Below are positions 1 to 11,657 of a stretch of 64,000 nucleotides of DNA, one piece after another. The notes under the pieces were generated by a model. That model made no database searches. It had not been told where the DNA came from and was given only the letters and a program-made list of their open reading frames with translations. How positions within the stretch are numbered: the stretch's first letter is position 1; each line of letters opens with the position of its first letter. Origin of the DNA: an uncultured Acidobacteriota bacterium (GTDB lineage Bacteria > Acidobacteriota > Blastocatellia > RBC074); contig CAWCKY010000002.1 in the NCBI GenBank assembly GCA_963796275.1, forward strand, positions 640,001 to 704,000, read 5' to 3'. A program made the position numbers and the translations under genes.

Positions 1-672
1 CCAACCCCGGCGGATGCGATCGGGGCTGGCGTCGCCCCTGCTGAAAGTTCTTCCGCTTCCTCTAGTTCAGGGTCTCCAGGGCGAGGATCGTCAGCTGGCT
101 CGTCCGGCTCGTCTGCTCCGGCGTATGATAGACCGAGACCTGCCGCTCCACCGCGGACCTATACGATGAAATCAGGTTCAGTTATCTCAATCTTCACCGC
201 ATCGGATATATCAACGAAATCCAGCAAAAACGGCGAACGTTTCACCGCCAGTCTCGGACGCGCCATTACTGACGGGGATTGGGTGATCGCCAAGAAAGGC
301 GCGCCTGTTGAAGGCGTCGTAGTCAGCTCAGACCCCGGCGGGCGAGTCAAGGGAGTCGCTTCGATAGCCGTTCGTCTGGAAAGCATTACACTGGCAGACG
401 GCAGACGGGTTGAAATTTCGACCAACTCATACACAAAGGAAGCGAAAAGTTCTAAGAAGAAAGATGCCGCCAAAATCGGGATTGGCGCTGGCATCGGCGC
501 AGCGATTGGAGCGATCGCAGGCGGCGGTAAGGGAGCTGCTATCGGAGCGGGCGTCGGCGGCGCCGGTGGAACCGGCCTGGTGCTCGGGACGAGAGGCGAC
601 GCGGCAGTCATACCGAGCGAATCGCAGCTGACCTTCAGACTCACGGCTCCGATAAATGTGACCAAGCGATGA
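1..672 (+). CDS. 5'-truncated secreted/membrane protein with beta-rich domain and glycine-zipper (Acidobacteria-type)
   Basis: Frame of ORF 166..672 is open from base 1 (Ser/Pro/Ala-rich linker PTPADAIGAG...); C-terminal IGIGAGIGAAIGAIAGGGKGAAIGAGVGG glycine zipper. Confidence 0.8.
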   Translation, partial: PTPADAIGAGVAPAESSSASSSSGSPGRGSSAGSSGSSAPAYDRPRPAAPPRTYTMKSGSVISIFTASDISTKSSKNGERFTASLGRAITDGDWVIAKKGAPVEGVVVSSDPGGRVKGVASIAVRLESITLADGRRVEISTNSYTKEAKSSKKKDAAKIGIGAGIGAAIGAIAGGGKGAAIGAGVGGAGGTGLVLGTRGDAAVIPSESQLTFRLTAPINVTKR

Positions 673-790
673 GCTTTGTCCCCTTACTCACAATGGCATG
701 GATTACGGACGATAACCCCGATTAGGTCGAACAGCGTGCCATGGGTATGGGTTTAGCCCAGATAGCTCATATCATATCAACAACGGCTGC

Positions 791-873
791 CATAGAAAAA
801 AGAAACAATTCACCACATAATCCACAAGCCGAAATCGTTCATTTTTGTGGGTTTTGTGGTGAATTTTTCTATG
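791..873. terminator. Long imperfect hairpin between convergent genes
   Basis: aattcaccacataatccacaa (807-827) pairs with ttgtgggttttgtggtgaatt (845-865); outer catagaaaaa/tttttctatg. Confidence 0.6.
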
Positions 874-885
874 TGTTTAGTTGAT

Positions 886-1263
886 TCAATGATTGAAAAA
901 ATCGGCGAGTTCCTGGATCCTAGTATGCGGTTTCGAATGGATCAGATTGGTCATGGGAACGAGCTGTTTTTTATATACTTCAGCCACGCGGTCAATCAGC
1001 CTCGCGAGTTCCGTTGATTTGGGTCGATATTGAAAGGACGGCGTCTCATTACAATTCAGAATTATCAATCCCTGGTCGCAAAGCCTCGTCAACACATGCA
1101 TCGACTCTTGTTCAGTGATGTAGAGCCTTTGTGCGACCGTGTGGATTCCCCATTTTTCATGCGCACCTGTACGCAAAAGCAGAAGCGCCTCCAGATGCGC
1201 CACTGAATCAATTCCCGCTATGATAAATTGTCGGATGTCCTCTGGAATCAGGTCGTCTATCAT
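886..1263 (-). CDS. Conserved hypothetical protein (winged-helix-like)
   Basis: 125 aa ORF with GGAGG RBS; IDSVAHLEALLLL / LCDQGLI pattern resembles small wHTH-like proteins found near sensor kinases. Confidence 0.7.
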   Translation of the reverse strand: MIDDLIPEDIRQFIIAGIDSVAHLEALLLLRTGAHEKWGIHTVAQRLYITEQESMHVLTRLCDQGLIILNCNETPSFQYRPKSTELARLIDRVAEVYKKQLVPMTNLIHSKPHTRIQELADFFNH

Positions 1264-1589
1264 TTACATCCTCCCCCAAATCAGACTGTCAGAGGTGCTT
1301 CTAACGTAACTTGGAGCCAGCAACCCTCTGATTGATGGAACAAATGCCTAGTTTTTTATCAGTCTCTCGGTTCGAGCGCATGGCACACGACCTGTTAATT
1401 CACTCGACCGTTTGGGAAGATTAAGTTGAAAATAGCAACGAAAAGCCCCTCTAATTTCTCCGGCGCCCTACCGTATCCTGATCGTTCATTACTTTTTAGA
1501 TTAAATGAAAGGGAGATTAATAAAGTAATAAAACGGTAAACTCTAACCCATCACTCCCAATACGAATTGAGGCACTAAATGTCTGCTAA

Positions 1590-1605
1590 AGCAAATATCA
1601 GGCCA
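1590..1605 (-). promoter_or_regulatory. sigma54 (-24/-12) promoter candidate
   Basis: Minus strand TGGCCTGATATTTGCT, exact GG-N10-GC spacing, pointing at ORF 886..1263. Confidence 0.55.
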
Positions 1606-2028
1606 TCGTAGTTCAATCACTCAAATATCGATAAAGCTGGATGGCACAGCTCTTATATCAAATATAACTCTCTACAGACTTTTATAGCATTGTATATTCA
1701 TCATACATACCGCATCTTTGCCGTACAGTTCTTTATTGTCTTATGTAATGCTTTACAACGCTTATTAGGGTTTTCTACCACATGCATGATAAAAAACCAT
1801 TAGCAAATTGAAGTCTTTTTGAGCAATACAGTTCATTTTTAAAATTAACACTTGCTTAGGCATCAAGGATTGCATAAAATACATACGTTTGTCCGGATCT
1901 CAGTCCATCGGTGAGAAGGATGAAGAAGGTGTAGAGTGGGATTCACAATCAGAGGCCCGATAAAAGATTAAGAGGTGAAGAGATTTACTGCAGCCATCGT
2001 GAGAAACTTCAGCGCATTTAACTATCCA

Positions 2029-2044
2029 TGGCATATATCTTGCT
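2029..2044 (+). promoter_or_regulatory. sigma54 (-24/-12) promoter candidate
   Basis: TGGCATATATCTTGCT, exact GG-N10-GC spacing, about 75 bp upstream of ORF 2120. Confidence 0.7.
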
Positions 2045-2067
2045 TAACCTCCAGTTGTAAAAAATAA

Positions 2068-2098
2068 AAGCGGTGTGAGTTAAGCGGTGTGAGTTAAG
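2068..2098 (+). repeat. 14-bp tandem duplication in 5' leader
   Basis: aagcggtgtgagtt x2 followed by aag. Confidence 0.85.
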
Positions 2099-2119
2099 AA
2101 GCGGGACATCGAAAAATAT

Positions 2120-3565
2120 ATGTTGGTTCAAACTAGTCCTCGCCCAGTTTCCTTGTTCAGCCTACTTTCGTTGATAGCGGGCGGCGTAGTCATCGTCATT
2201 GCCTGTTACGCGTTGCTAGCCTGGATTATTGATATCGACTTCCTCAGGAACGCCATACCGGGGTGGCCGAAGATGATGCCTGTGACTGCCCTGTGCTTCA
2301 TCCTATGCGGCTCCTCGCTATGTTTTCAGAGCACGGCATCTGTCGACTCGCAGACGCACGAGATGGATTGGGAGCGGATATTTCTGTCGCTGGTCTCTCC
2401 CCGTCTTCTGGCTCGGGGGAGCGCATTTATCGTCATCCTGATCGCACTTTTAGGCCTGGCATACCATAATAACTATATCTGGGGCTTATCCACGGGCAGC
2501 CAGCGGCCCTTCCTTCCGGATACGCTGACATCAAAGATCAACGGCATCGCAAGCCAGATGCCGCCCAACCCCTCGCTCATCTTTTTACTTGTTGGTTGTG
2601 CGCTTCTACTGCTGCATATCGGGACACATCGCGGGGTGAGAACGATGCAATCGCTCTCCATGGCTGCCCTGCTCGCGGTATTGGTAGCCGCGCTCAACTA
2701 CGCTTTCGGCACGCAAATATTCAGCGGGGTGGAGATCTGGCCGAAGATGGATCCTCACGTGGCATTCTCCTTCGTCTTTCTCTCAGTCGGCATCGTCTTC
2801 GCGCGACCGGAATATGGTCTGATGGGGATACTGACCAATGAAAGCCTCGGCGCTTACACGAGCCGCCGCATGCTGATTGCAGTAGTCGCCATCCCCGCGG
2901 TCATAGGCTGTTTATACCTGCTCGGATGGCGGGTGGGATTTTACGATGCTCGCAAATGGGTTCCACTGATTATCGTTCTGAATGTCCTCGTTTTATTCAT
3001 CGTTATCTGGGTCAATGCCGTATCGCTCCACAAGCGCGAGAGCAGGCGTCTGAAAGACGTCGCGGTCCTGCGCGAAGTTAATTCCCGTCTGGAAAGACAA
3101 GTTCAAGAACAGACCGCTGAAGTGATGCGGGCAAACCACGACATCTGGTTGGAGATTCAGGAGCGAGTTCGGTTGGAAGAAGAATTGCGCGCTCTCAGCG
3201 AGGAGTTGGAGAATGAGCGCGAACAGCTCCTATTGAAAGAGCAAGAGGTCGAGCAAAGCGTCGAAGATGCTACCCGGCTTAGAGATGAATTCCTCGCGTC
3301 TGTCTCAGAAGAGATGAGAGCGCCGCTCAACGCTATACTGAGCTGGGTGAAGCTGCTTCGCGATCATCCGCTCACTCCGGAGGAATCGGCGCGCGTGCTC
3401 GATGCCATGGAGATCAGCACGACGGAATTGCTGGCAGTCGCGTCCAGCCTCGGCGGCGACCCACATAACGGGGAAAATGATCTAATTCAGCCCTCTCTGC
3501 CCAGACTAACCGCAGGTGAGTTGTCCGGTCAAAATAATCAACCGCAGATCGTTATGAAGATTTGA
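2120..3565 (+). CDS. Membrane sensor with degenerate HisKA domain (His->Glu), no HATPase domain
   Basis: Several hydrophobic segments, coiled coil, then DEFLASVSEEMRAPLNAILSW versus canonical DEFLAxxSHELRTPLNAILGW; ORF ends before any N/G1/F/G2 boxes. Confidence 0.75.
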   Translation: MLVQTSPRPVSLFSLLSLIAGGVVIVIACYALLAWIIDIDFLRNAIPGWPKMMPVTALCFILCGSSLCFQSTASVDSQTHEMDWERIFLSLVSPRLLARGSAFIVILIALLGLAYHNNYIWGLSTGSQRPFLPDTLTSKINGIASQMPPNPSLIFLLVGCALLLLHIGTHRGVRTMQSLSMAALLAVLVAALNYAFGTQIFSGVEIWPKMDPHVAFSFVFLSVGIVFARPEYGLMGILTNESLGAYTSRRMLIAVVAIPAVIGCLYLLGWRVGFYDARKWVPLIIVLNVLVLFIVIWVNAVSLHKRESRRLKDVAVLREVNSRLERQVQEQTAEVMRANHDIWLEIQERVRLEEELRALSEELENEREQLLLKEQEVEQSVEDATRLRDEFLASVSEEMRAPLNAILSWVKLLRDHPLTPEESARVLDAMEISTTELLAVASSLGGDPHNGENDLIQPSLPRLTAGELSGQNNQPQIVMKI

Positions 3566-3620
3566 CGCGAAAGTGTAGAGACTTCCCCATAATTGCCTTT
3601 GTGCATTGTTCCCCTAACTG

Positions 3621-5357
3621 TTATTTTTTTATAGGGATCAGCCGCGGATCGAGCTGCTCCGCTTTGCGCAACATCTCCTGCGCCTTCGCACCATTGCCCT
3701 TCTTCCTCAATGCAATGCTCAATCGATAATAAGCATCCGCGTGTTGTGGGTTGAGTTTAATAGCCGCTTCGAAGCGTTCAATAGCCTGGTCGATCTTCCC
3801 CTCTTTCAATCGTTGAATGCCGGTGTTGGTCGCGGCGATGGCTGCCTCCCGCTCCTGTTTGAGCTTTATCAGACGCGCGGCCTCTTGTAGTTCGAGGCGG
3901 GCTGCTTCGGAGTCACCTTTCTGCCGCAACGTGGTTCCCAGCGAGTTATGCATTTCCGGGTTGCCGGGCGCGAGTGTAATCGCTTTGCGGAACTCGAGAA
4001 TTGCTTTATCCGTCTGGCCGATTCTCTGAAGAGCATTGCCGTAAGTGTAGTGGTATTCGGCGTCGTCAGGTTTGAGCCTAATCGCCTGTTCCAACTCGGT
4101 TCGCGCTTCCTCGACCTTTCCCTGTTGTAAATATATCTGTCCGAGCGTGAAATAGGCGTCCGCGAAATCGGACTGCAGAGCTAGGCATTTGCGCAGGTTA
4201 TCTACAGCATTCGAGAGGTCGTCTTTTCGTTTATAGGCGAGCGCGAGATTATACCTGGCTGAGACCAGTTGCTGAGGCTCCGGGTTTGAGTCGATCATCT
4301 TTTGATAAGTCGTAATCGCGCTCGAGATATCGCCTTTCTGCATCTGTGCCAGCCCGAGGTTGAGATAAGCGGTCGCATTCTGATCGTCCAACCTGATCGC
4401 TTCCAGAAACTCGGCGATTGCGCCGTCGTAATTCCTGTTGTTAAGCAGGGACAGTCCCAGGCTGTTTCTGGCTTCGACCAGACCGGGCTTGAGCTTGATC
4501 GCTTTTTTCAGGGCGTCTATCGATTCGTCGGTTTCACGGTTTTCACGAAGGGCGATCCCTAGGCTCGTCATCGCCTCGGCCGATTGCGGTTTGAGTTTCA
4601 CCGCCCGGCGCGTAACCACAACTGCCTCCGACACCTCGCTGTTTCCGCCCTTTCGTATCAGAGCAGAGCCCAAGGCCTGAAGTGCATCGAAATTCTCGGG
4701 CTGCAGTTTAACCACCTCGCGCAGCGATCGGAGGGCCCCGTCGATATCATTCGTAAGCAGCCTTCCTATGCCCAGGTAATAATGGGCTACGGCCAGATCG
4801 GGTTTGATACTTGTGGCGAGTTCAAATTCTTTAAGTGAACCCGGGAGGTCTCCCATCTGTCCGAGAATGAACCCCAGGTTGCTATGGATCTCGGCCGAGG
4901 TCGGCTCGATCTTCAGCGCATGGCGAAATGTGAGGACGGCCTCATCCAGACGTTGTTGTCGGTGCAATAGCGAGGCTATGGAAACGTACAATTCGGCATC
5001 TTTCGGATCGAGCTCGGCCGCTTTGCGGAACGCCTCGAGCGCTTCGTCGAAATTCCCCCTCTGTTCGAGCGCAATTCCCAGATTTGTCCAGGCTTGTAAG
5101 TAATCAGGCTTGCTCGAGATCGCCTCGCGGAATTCCGCGATCGCGGCGTTCAACTGCCCGCTTTTGCCGAGCGCCATGCCCAGGGCATTTCGGGCTTCGG
5201 AATTTTTCGGATCGGCCTTCACAGCTGCACGCAATTTTTGGATCGATGGCGCCGAGGTTCGCGGAGTCACTTTACGCGTCTTGGTTCCTTGGGCCTCCGC
5301 GAATATAGAAAAACCCGCCAGGAACAGCGCGAGGATAGTGATCTGTCTCATACGCAT
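3621..5357 (-). CDS. Secreted tetratricopeptide repeat protein
   Basis: Signal peptide then many A-x-x-x-L-G / A-I-x-L-x-P TPR units. Confidence 0.92.
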   Translation of the reverse strand: MRMRQITILALFLAGFSIFAEAQGTKTRKVTPRTSAPSIQKLRAAVKADPKNSEARNALGMALGKSGQLNAAIAEFREAISSKPDYLQAWTNLGIALEQRGNFDEALEAFRKAAELDPKDAELYVSIASLLHRQQRLDEAVLTFRHALKIEPTSAEIHSNLGFILGQMGDLPGSLKEFELATSIKPDLAVAHYYLGIGRLLTNDIDGALRSLREVVKLQPENFDALQALGSALIRKGGNSEVSEAVVVTRRAVKLKPQSAEAMTSLGIALRENRETDESIDALKKAIKLKPGLVEARNSLGLSLLNNRNYDGAIAEFLEAIRLDDQNATAYLNLGLAQMQKGDISSAITTYQKMIDSNPEPQQLVSARYNLALAYKRKDDLSNAVDNLRKCLALQSDFADAYFTLGQIYLQQGKVEEARTELEQAIRLKPDDAEYHYTYGNALQRIGQTDKAILEFRKAITLAPGNPEMHNSLGTTLRQKGDSEAARLELQEAARLIKLKQEREAAIAATNTGIQRLKEGKIDQAIERFEAAIKLNPQHADAYYRLSIALRKKGNGAKAQEMLRKAEQLDPRLIPIKK

Positions 5358-5452
5358 AGGTCGTTCGCATTGTATTGAAGGCGATCGATATGGGTCAAGC
5401 GAACGGGGTGTTACAGGACGGGCACGGGGATGGGGGCAGAGCCTCTGGCCAC

Positions 5453-6790
5453 TTATAACAATCCCCGCTCCTTAACTTCCAGATACTTATTTACCAGCTG
5501 AATCGACAACTGGCCCGCCGGCACATCGAGCGCCAGGCCCCCGAGCTCCGTAATCCTGCCCAATGCCTCCTCGCGTTGCTGTAACAATTCCTCGGCGACA
5601 CTCTGGCGATAAACATCGGCCACCTCTTTCGGTTCTCGTGCGACCAGCGCTCGTAGGTCGTTATCGCCGATTGTGACGATCAATGGGAGATGGCGAGGTA
5701 GCAGCGCCGCCGTATAGACCAGCAGCTCTCCCGATGCATCGCGATCGACGAGGTCGGTCAGAATCACGACCAGCGAACGCTTCTTGCAGTTCAACGAGAG
5801 GTATTGGAACGCGCGCGCATAGGAAGGCTCCATCATTTGCGCTTTGACATTGTAGAGGGATTCGATCATCGCCAGCAATTGTCCGTGACCTCGCTGGGGC
5901 GGCAGATATTTTACGACCTGGCGATTGAAGACGAGCAATCCGACATTATCGCCGCCGCTCGTAGCCACATATCCGATCGCCAGCGCGGCATTGATCGCGT
6001 GATCGAGTTTCGATAGTTGCTCTATCCGCGACGTCATCAACCGGCCCGCATCGATCATGATTACTATGCTCTGGTTCCGCTCGACCTGATATTGTTTCGT
6101 GATCAGATGCCCGCGGCGCGCCGTCGCGGTCCACGATATATTGCGGATCTCGTCTCCGCGAACGTAATCTCGCAAACTCTCGAATTCCCTGCCCTGTCCG
6201 CGCAGACGCGTCTTCCGGTGCCCGCTGAGAAGCTGGCGGCTGCGCTGCGCCGATAGTTTATGACGCCGCGCCTCATTGATATTCGGATATACCTTGATCC
6301 TCTCGGAGGCGGGAATGCGAGACTGCTTGATGACCAGACCCAAATGGGAATGCCACCGGATCAAAATGTCGCCAAAACCATAATCTCCGCGCCCGAACGC
6401 GTAGAGCTTATAGACTGCCGCAGCTTCAGCTGCGCGCCCTCCACCATACCCCGGGGTTACGATCAATAGCCGGTCGCCGCGCAGTTCGAATTCCGGCGGA
6501 TATTCATCTTTGATCATCAACGTCAATCTCCTCGATGCGCGGTGAGATACGAGGAGCTGGACCTCGTTCTCCTCGCCTATCATGAAGCGGTGCGGCAGAT
6601 GGCGACTGATCTCGATGAGCGAGATATCTTCCATTCGACGATAATCGATGAAGGCTGTAACCAGGAGAGCGATGTCATAGAAGAGTATCCCCCATTTGAC
6701 GATGGAAATCGTGCCGAATGACGACCAGAGCACGATAAGTGGGACGGCGCCGGACGCGAAGAGAATCAGAAATCGACGAGAGAAAATCAT
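5453..6790 (-). CDS. DUF58 domain protein (VWA-like MoxR partner)
   Basis: [24 protein letters not shown] motif, DAGRLM; coupled to MoxR gene. Confidence 0.9.
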   Translation of the reverse strand: MIFSRRFLILFASGAVPLIVLWSSFGTISIVKWGILFYDIALLVTAFIDYRRMEDISLIEISRHLPHRFMIGEENEVQLLVSHRASRRLTLMIKDEYPPEFELRGDRLLIVTPGYGGGRAAEAAAVYKLYAFGRGDYGFGDILIRWHSHLGLVIKQSRIPASERIKVYPNINEARRHKLSAQRSRQLLSGHRKTRLRGQGREFESLRDYVRGDEIRNISWTATARRGHLITKQYQVERNQSIVIMIDAGRLMTSRIEQLSKLDHAINAALAIGYVATSGGDNVGLLVFNRQVVKYLPPQRGHGQLLAMIESLYNVKAQMMEPSYARAFQYLSLNCKKRSLVVILTDLVDRDASGELLVYTAALLPRHLPLIVTIGDNDLRALVAREPKEVADVYRQSVAEELLQQREEALGRITELGGLALDVPAGQLSIQLVNKYLEVKERGLL

Positions 6791-7740
6791 CTTGGAACTT
6801 CGACGGAAGAGACGATCTCATCGAGGATCGTTTCCGGAGTGATGCCCTCGATCTCCGCCTCCGAGCGAAGCAAAATCCTGTGACGAAGGGCTGGATGGAC
6901 GATATCCCGCACATCATCCGGAGTGACGTAATCGTAACCGCGCATCGCGGCCAGAGCCTTGCTCGCCAGCAGCATCGCCACCGACGCGCGCGGGCTCGCG
7001 CCCCAGAGGAGGCTCGGATGTTCGCGTGTTCGGCGAACCAGATTGACGAGATATTGCTGAACGCTCTGTTCGACTTTCACATCGCGGACGAACGCGCGCG
7101 ACTGCGGAATTGCAGCCGGATCTTGGACTTCTGCGAAATCGACGGCCTCGAGCTTGCGCGAATTGAACCCCGCCTGCCAGTTCCCCACAACCTGCAGCTC
7201 CTCGTCCGGACTCGGGTAAGTGATGAGTATTTTAAAGAGGAATCTGTCGAGTTGCGCTTCCGGCAGCGGATACGTGCCCTCGTATTCGATCGGGTTCTCC
7301 GTAGCGAGCACGAGAAAGAGCGGAGAAAGATGATGGCTCTCGCCATCGATCGTCACCTGCCGCTCTTCCATCGCTTCGAGCAGCGCGGCCTGCGTCTTCG
7401 GTGGTGTGCGGTTGATCTCGTCAGCGAGCAGGATGTCGGTGAAGACCGGGCCGTGCCGCAGGGTGAATTGCGAGGTGGCCATATTGAAAATATTTGTTCC
7501 CGTGATGTCTGATGGCATCAGATCGGGTGTAAACTGTATACGGTTGAATCCTGCGCCGATGATGCGGGCGATGGTTTTTACCGTGAGCGTCTTCGCCGTC
7601 CCGGGGACACCCTCGAGCAGCGCGTGGCCCTCGGCGAAAAGGCAGATCAGGATTTGATCGATAACCGCATCCTGTCCAACGATGACTTTTTGCGTTTCGC
7701 GCCGTATATGCGCGGCGACCTGGCTGACGTAATCGGTCAT
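6787..7740 (-). CDS. moxR: MoxR-proper family AAA+ ATPase
   Basis: Walker [49 protein letters not shown]. Confidence 0.95.
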   Translation of the reverse strand: MTDYVSQVAAHIRRETQKVIVGQDAVIDQILICLFAEGHALLEGVPGTAKTLTVKTIARIIGAGFNRIQFTPDLMPSDITGTNIFNMATSQFTLRHGPVFTDILLADEINRTPPKTQAALLEAMEERQVTIDGESHHLSPLFLVLATENPIEYEGTYPLPEAQLDRFLFKILITYPSPDEELQVVGNWQAGFNSRKLEAVDFAEVQDPAAIPQSRAFVRDVKVEQSVQQYLVNLVRRTREHPSLLWGASPRASVAMLLASKALAAMRGYDYVTPDDVRDIVHPALRHRILLRSEAEIEGITPETILDEIVSSVEVPR

Positions 7741-7927
7741 GTGAGATTGCTGGCTGATTGTCCTTTCTTCGATCTTTACCTTCGGTTTATATACTCTAAC
7801 GCCGCAACTATACTGAAAGCTACGGTTAAATCAAGTTTTGGGTGAGAAATCGATACGAGGATTTACAAGATCGGCTAGATTAGATGAAAATACTCGACTG
7901 CCCAATTTCCAAAATCGAGATTGAAAT

Positions 7928-9802
7928 ATGACAAAGTTGATTATCGGTTCGCGCGGGAGCAAGCTCGCGTTGTGGCAAGCCAATTGGATCAAAATTAAAC
8001 TTGAGAAAGCACACCCCGGCCTGAACGTTGAGATCGATATCATCAAGACTACCGGGGACAAATTAACTGAGGCATCGTTGGTACAGATAGGGGGCAAAGG
8101 CGTCTTCACCAAAGAGATCGAAGACGCGTTGATCGAGCGCCGCGTCGATCTGGCGGTCCACAGCCTGAAAGACTTGCCGACTGCATTGCCCGAAGGATTG
8201 CATATTGCCGCGATTACCGAACGCGAAGACGTGCGAGACGGCTTGATCGTCGGCGAGCCGCTGCGCAGCAAAGTGAAAAAGATAGCGGACCTGCCACAGG
8301 GTGCGCGCGTTGGCACGAGCAGTCTTCGTCGCCGCGCCCAGCTGCTCTCGGCCAGGCCGGACCTGCAAGTCCTCGAACTCCGCGGCAATGTCGACACGCG
8401 GCTTCGCAAACTGGACGAAGGCCAGTATGACGCGATTATTCTGGCATCTGCCGGTCTGATCCGTCTCGGTTTCGGCGACCGCATAACCGCGCGCATCGAG
8501 CCAGAGGAGATGTTGACCGCAGTCGGCCAGGGCGCCCTGGGAATCGAGGCGCGCATCGACGATGAAAATACCAATGCTATTCTAATTCCACTCAACCACT
8601 GGCCGACCCGCTACGCCACGGAGGCCGAACGCGCTGTGCTGCGCCAGCTGGGCGGCGGTTGTGCGGTCCCGATTGCGGCGCTTGGCCGCGTCAGTAAAAA
8701 TAAGAGCAGTAACAAAAAACCGGGCAAACTGATCCTCGAAGCGCTCGTGGCGGATGCAGAGGGAGGGAAGCAGATTCGCCATCGGTTGAGCGGCCCGCTC
8801 GCTCAGGCAGAAAAGCTGGGCGCCGAGCTCGCCCAGCTTATGATTAAAGCGGGCGCACGTGAATTGCTTCCGAAAATCGGTGATGAATTTCAGAATAAAG
8901 ACGTCCCAAGTCCAAAGCCCGAAGTCCCAATAGAGGCATCAGAGGTTGGGGAGAGCGATTCTGGCGTTAAAAGATTGCAGGAGAAAGAAGCAAATAAGAC
9001 GGTTGCGCGGCCCCCGCTCGCCGGTCGACGCGTCATCGTCACACGCTCGGCCAAACAGGGGCGAGAGTTAACGGAGGGGTTGCAAGGACTCGGTGCAGAA
9101 GTTATCGCGTGTCCGACCATTGAAATTAAAGATCCGGCGAACTGGGAGCAGCTCGATCGCGCCCTCAAGCATTTGAGCTGGTACGACTGGCTCGCATTCA
9201 CGAGCACCAATGGCGTCGAATTTTTTTTACGCAGACTGGATGGACTGGGCCACGGGCGCGCTGAACTGATGGGCCACAAAGTCTGCGCGGTCGGCCGTAA
9301 AACGGCTCAGAAACTGGCTGAAGAACAGATCACGGTCGATCTCACGCCCGAACGCTTCACCGCAGATGCGTTGGTGGAAGAATTTATCAAACGATTCGGT
9401 GTACGCCAGCGACTCCGCGGCGCGCGCATGCTGCTGCCGGCATCGCAGTCCACACGCGATGTTATCCGCCCTGCTCTGGAGAAGGTCGGCGTCTATGTCG
9501 AGGTTGTCGAGGCTTACCAGACGGTCATCCCGGCGACTTCGGGCGCCGAGGTAACCCAGTTGATACACGACGCCAAAGCTGATTATATTATTTTCACTAG
9601 CCCATCTACAGTAACCAATTTAGCGGTTCTGTTGGAGACCGATCATCTCGCTCAACAGTTGGCGAAAACGCGGGTAGCCTGCATCGGCCCCGTCACAGCA
9701 GAAGCTGCCCAGTTATATGGGCTCGAAGTAAACATCCAGCCTGAAGAGCATACATCGGAGGCAATTGTGAAAGCATTGGTGGCTGATTCGGCTACTTTAT
9801 AA
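7928..9802 (+). CDS. hemC: Fused hydroxymethylbilane synthase / uroporphyrinogen-III synthase
   Basis: N-half [27 protein letters not shown] (HemC); C-half [32 protein letters not shown] (HemD). Confidence 0.93.
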   Translation: MTKLIIGSRGSKLALWQANWIKIKLEKAHPGLNVEIDIIKTTGDKLTEASLVQIGGKGVFTKEIEDALIERRVDLAVHSLKDLPTALPEGLHIAAITEREDVRDGLIVGEPLRSKVKKIADLPQGARVGTSSLRRRAQLLSARPDLQVLELRGNVDTRLRKLDEGQYDAIILASAGLIRLGFGDRITARIEPEEMLTAVGQGALGIEARIDDENTNAILIPLNHWPTRYATEAERAVLRQLGGGCAVPIAALGRVSKNKSSNKKPGKLILEALVADAEGGKQIRHRLSGPLAQAEKLGAELAQLMIKAGARELLPKIGDEFQNKDVPSPKPEVPIEASEVGESDSGVKRLQEKEANKTVARPPLAGRRVIVTRSAKQGRELTEGLQGLGAEVIACPTIEIKDPANWEQLDRALKHLSWYDWLAFTSTNGVEFFLRRLDGLGHGRAELMGHKVCAVGRKTAQKLAEEQITVDLTPERFTADALVEEFIKRFGVRQRLRGARMLLPASQSTRDVIRPALEKVGVYVEVVEAYQTVIPATSGAEVTQLIHDAKADYIIFTSPSTVTNLAVLLETDHLAQQLAKTRVACIGPVTAEAAQLYGLEVNIQPEEHTSEAIVKALVADSATL

Positions 9803-10142
9803 AACGTAGCGTGAGCGGGTAACGGTATGGCACACCGTTGTTCGCTTTGATCGACGCAACGATGACCATCACTATTGCGAAAACGTAAATAATGATGAAC
9901 AGAAATATGCCTATCAGCAAGACAACCAAAGGAATGCTGATCAGGATGTAAATCACTATACTGATTTGAAAATTGAGCGACTCTTTGGCTTGATCATCGA
10001 TAAACCACGATTGGTCCTTTTTGATCAGCCAAACGATGAGCGGGGCTACGACATTGCCGAATGGCACGACCGAGTAGCCAATCAACGCGCAGAGGTGCGC
10101 GAGCATACCCCAGGTTCTTTGGTCTCTTGAAACATCCCGCAT
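9792..10142 (-). CDS. DUF4870 family membrane protein
   Basis: WGMLAHL...PLIVWLIKK...[11 protein letters not shown]...YRYP pattern; start taken at ATG 10142. Confidence 0.85.
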   Translation of the reverse strand: MRDVSRDQRTWGMLAHLCALIGYSVVPFGNVVAPLIVWLIKKDQSWFIDDQAKESLNFQISIVIYILISIPLVVLLIGIFLFIIIYVFAIVMVIVASIKANNGVPYRYPLTLRFIK

Positions 10143-10220
10143 ATTCGTCTCCACGCCTACCGGTATATCCAACACGGTAAGTATGATGAGGTCGAGGGCG
10201 GAAGTAAATCCTTCAAATCT

Positions 10221-11591
10221 ATGCAAAAAGCCAGAGTCTTAATTGTCGATGACGAACAGGCGGCGCGCGTCGGATTGAGCGAGATATTAACGGCGTGGGG
10301 TTACCAGACTCAGACCGCCGGCGACGGTTTCGAAGCATTGGATAAATCCGACGATTTCAACCCCGCGGTGGTGATAACCGATGTGCTGATGCCTCGGCTG
10401 GATGGGTTCGGACTGCTCTCTCGCTTGCGCGATAAATCACCTGACACGGCGGTAATCCTGCTGACCGGACAGGGGAGCATCGAGGATGCCGTGCGCGCCG
10501 TGAAAGAGGAGGGGGCGTTCTATTATTTCGAAAAGCCGATCAACATCCGGCAGTTGAACGTGGTACTGGAACGCGCCATCGAACAGGCGGCGACGCGCCA
10601 CGAGAACACGCGGTTGCGCCGCCAGCTTTCCGAGTATGGCGTATTCGGGAGGCTCATCGGCGGTTCAGATGCGATGAGGCAGATATATCTGGTGATCGAG
10701 CAGGTGGCCAGTTCGGCGGTCTCCGTATTGATCACGGGAGAATCCGGTACCGGAAAAGAGATCGTCGCGCAGACTATTCACCAACTCAGCCCGCGCATGT
10801 CTCGGCCTTTCGTTCCCATCAACTGCTCGGCGATTCCCGAATCCCTGATGGAATCGGAGTTATTCGGGCATGAGCGCGGCGCCTTCACCGGCGCAATCGC
10901 GCGGCGTGATGGGTGTTTCGAGCTGGCGAATTCAGGGACGCTTTTCCTCGATGAAATAGCCGAGATGCCCGTCATGCTCCAGGCAAAACTACTTCGAGTA
11001 CTCGAAGATCGCAAGGTTCGACGTCTGGGCAGCCCCAAAGAAGTGCCGGTAGACGTCCGCGTGCTGGCCGCGACAAACAAAGACCCGCACGAAGCCGTTC
11101 GGCGAGGCGAGCTGCGCGAAGACCTGCTCTATCGTCTGAATGTCATTCATATCAAACTGCCGCCTCTGCGCGACCGGCGGGAAGACCTCCCATTGTTGAC
11201 GGAATTTATGGTAAAGGAGTTGGGCGAACGGCATCAACGACCGGGAAGTCTCGTCTCCTCAGAGGTCCTGGAAATATTCGCGCGTCACTCATGGCCGGGC
11301 AATGTTCGCGAACTGCGCAACGTCATAGAACATGCCGTCGTCGTGTGCGAAAGTCAGCGCATCGAAAAACAGCATCTTCCGCCTCAGATGTTCGATGGCC
11401 GCGATCTCAGAAACGAGGAACAGATCACGCTGCCGATTCCCATATCGCTCGACGAAGCCGAGAGGCAGTTGATCCTAAAAACCTTGATAAAAACTAACAA
11501 CAATAAAACCCGCGCAGCTGACCTGCTGGCAATCAGCCTCAAGACTCTACACAATAAATTGAAGGCATACCGTGAAGAAGATGAGGGTTGA
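10221..11591 (+). CDS. sigma54-dependent response regulator (NtrC/AtoC family)
   Basis: REC domain, [23 protein letters not shown]-terminal Fis HTH. Confidence 0.95.
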   Translation: MQKARVLIVDDEQAARVGLSEILTAWGYQTQTAGDGFEALDKSDDFNPAVVITDVLMPRLDGFGLLSRLRDKSPDTAVILLTGQGSIEDAVRAVKEEGAFYYFEKPINIRQLNVVLERAIEQAATRHENTRLRRQLSEYGVFGRLIGGSDAMRQIYLVIEQVASSAVSVLITGESGTGKEIVAQTIHQLSPRMSRPFVPINCSAIPESLMESELFGHERGAFTGAIARRDGCFELANSGTLFLDEIAEMPVMLQAKLLRVLEDRKVRRLGSPKEVPVDVRVLAATNKDPHEAVRRGELREDLLYRLNVIHIKLPPLRDRREDLPLLTEFMVKELGERHQRPGSLVSSEVLEIFARHSWPGNVRELRNVIEHAVVVCESQRIEKQHLPPQMFDGRDLRNEEQITLPIPISLDEAERQLILKTLIKTNNNKTRAADLLAISLKTLHNKLKAYREEDEG

Positions 11592-11657
11592 TGAGACGAT
11601 GGGAAAATATCGTTTTTATGGTGTGACTAGTTGGCCTTTCCGCTCGCTTTTCCTCTT

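Noticed and set aside
1858-1876. AGGCATCAAGGATTGCA as sigma54 promoter
   Set aside because: GG-to-GC spacing is 11, not the required 10
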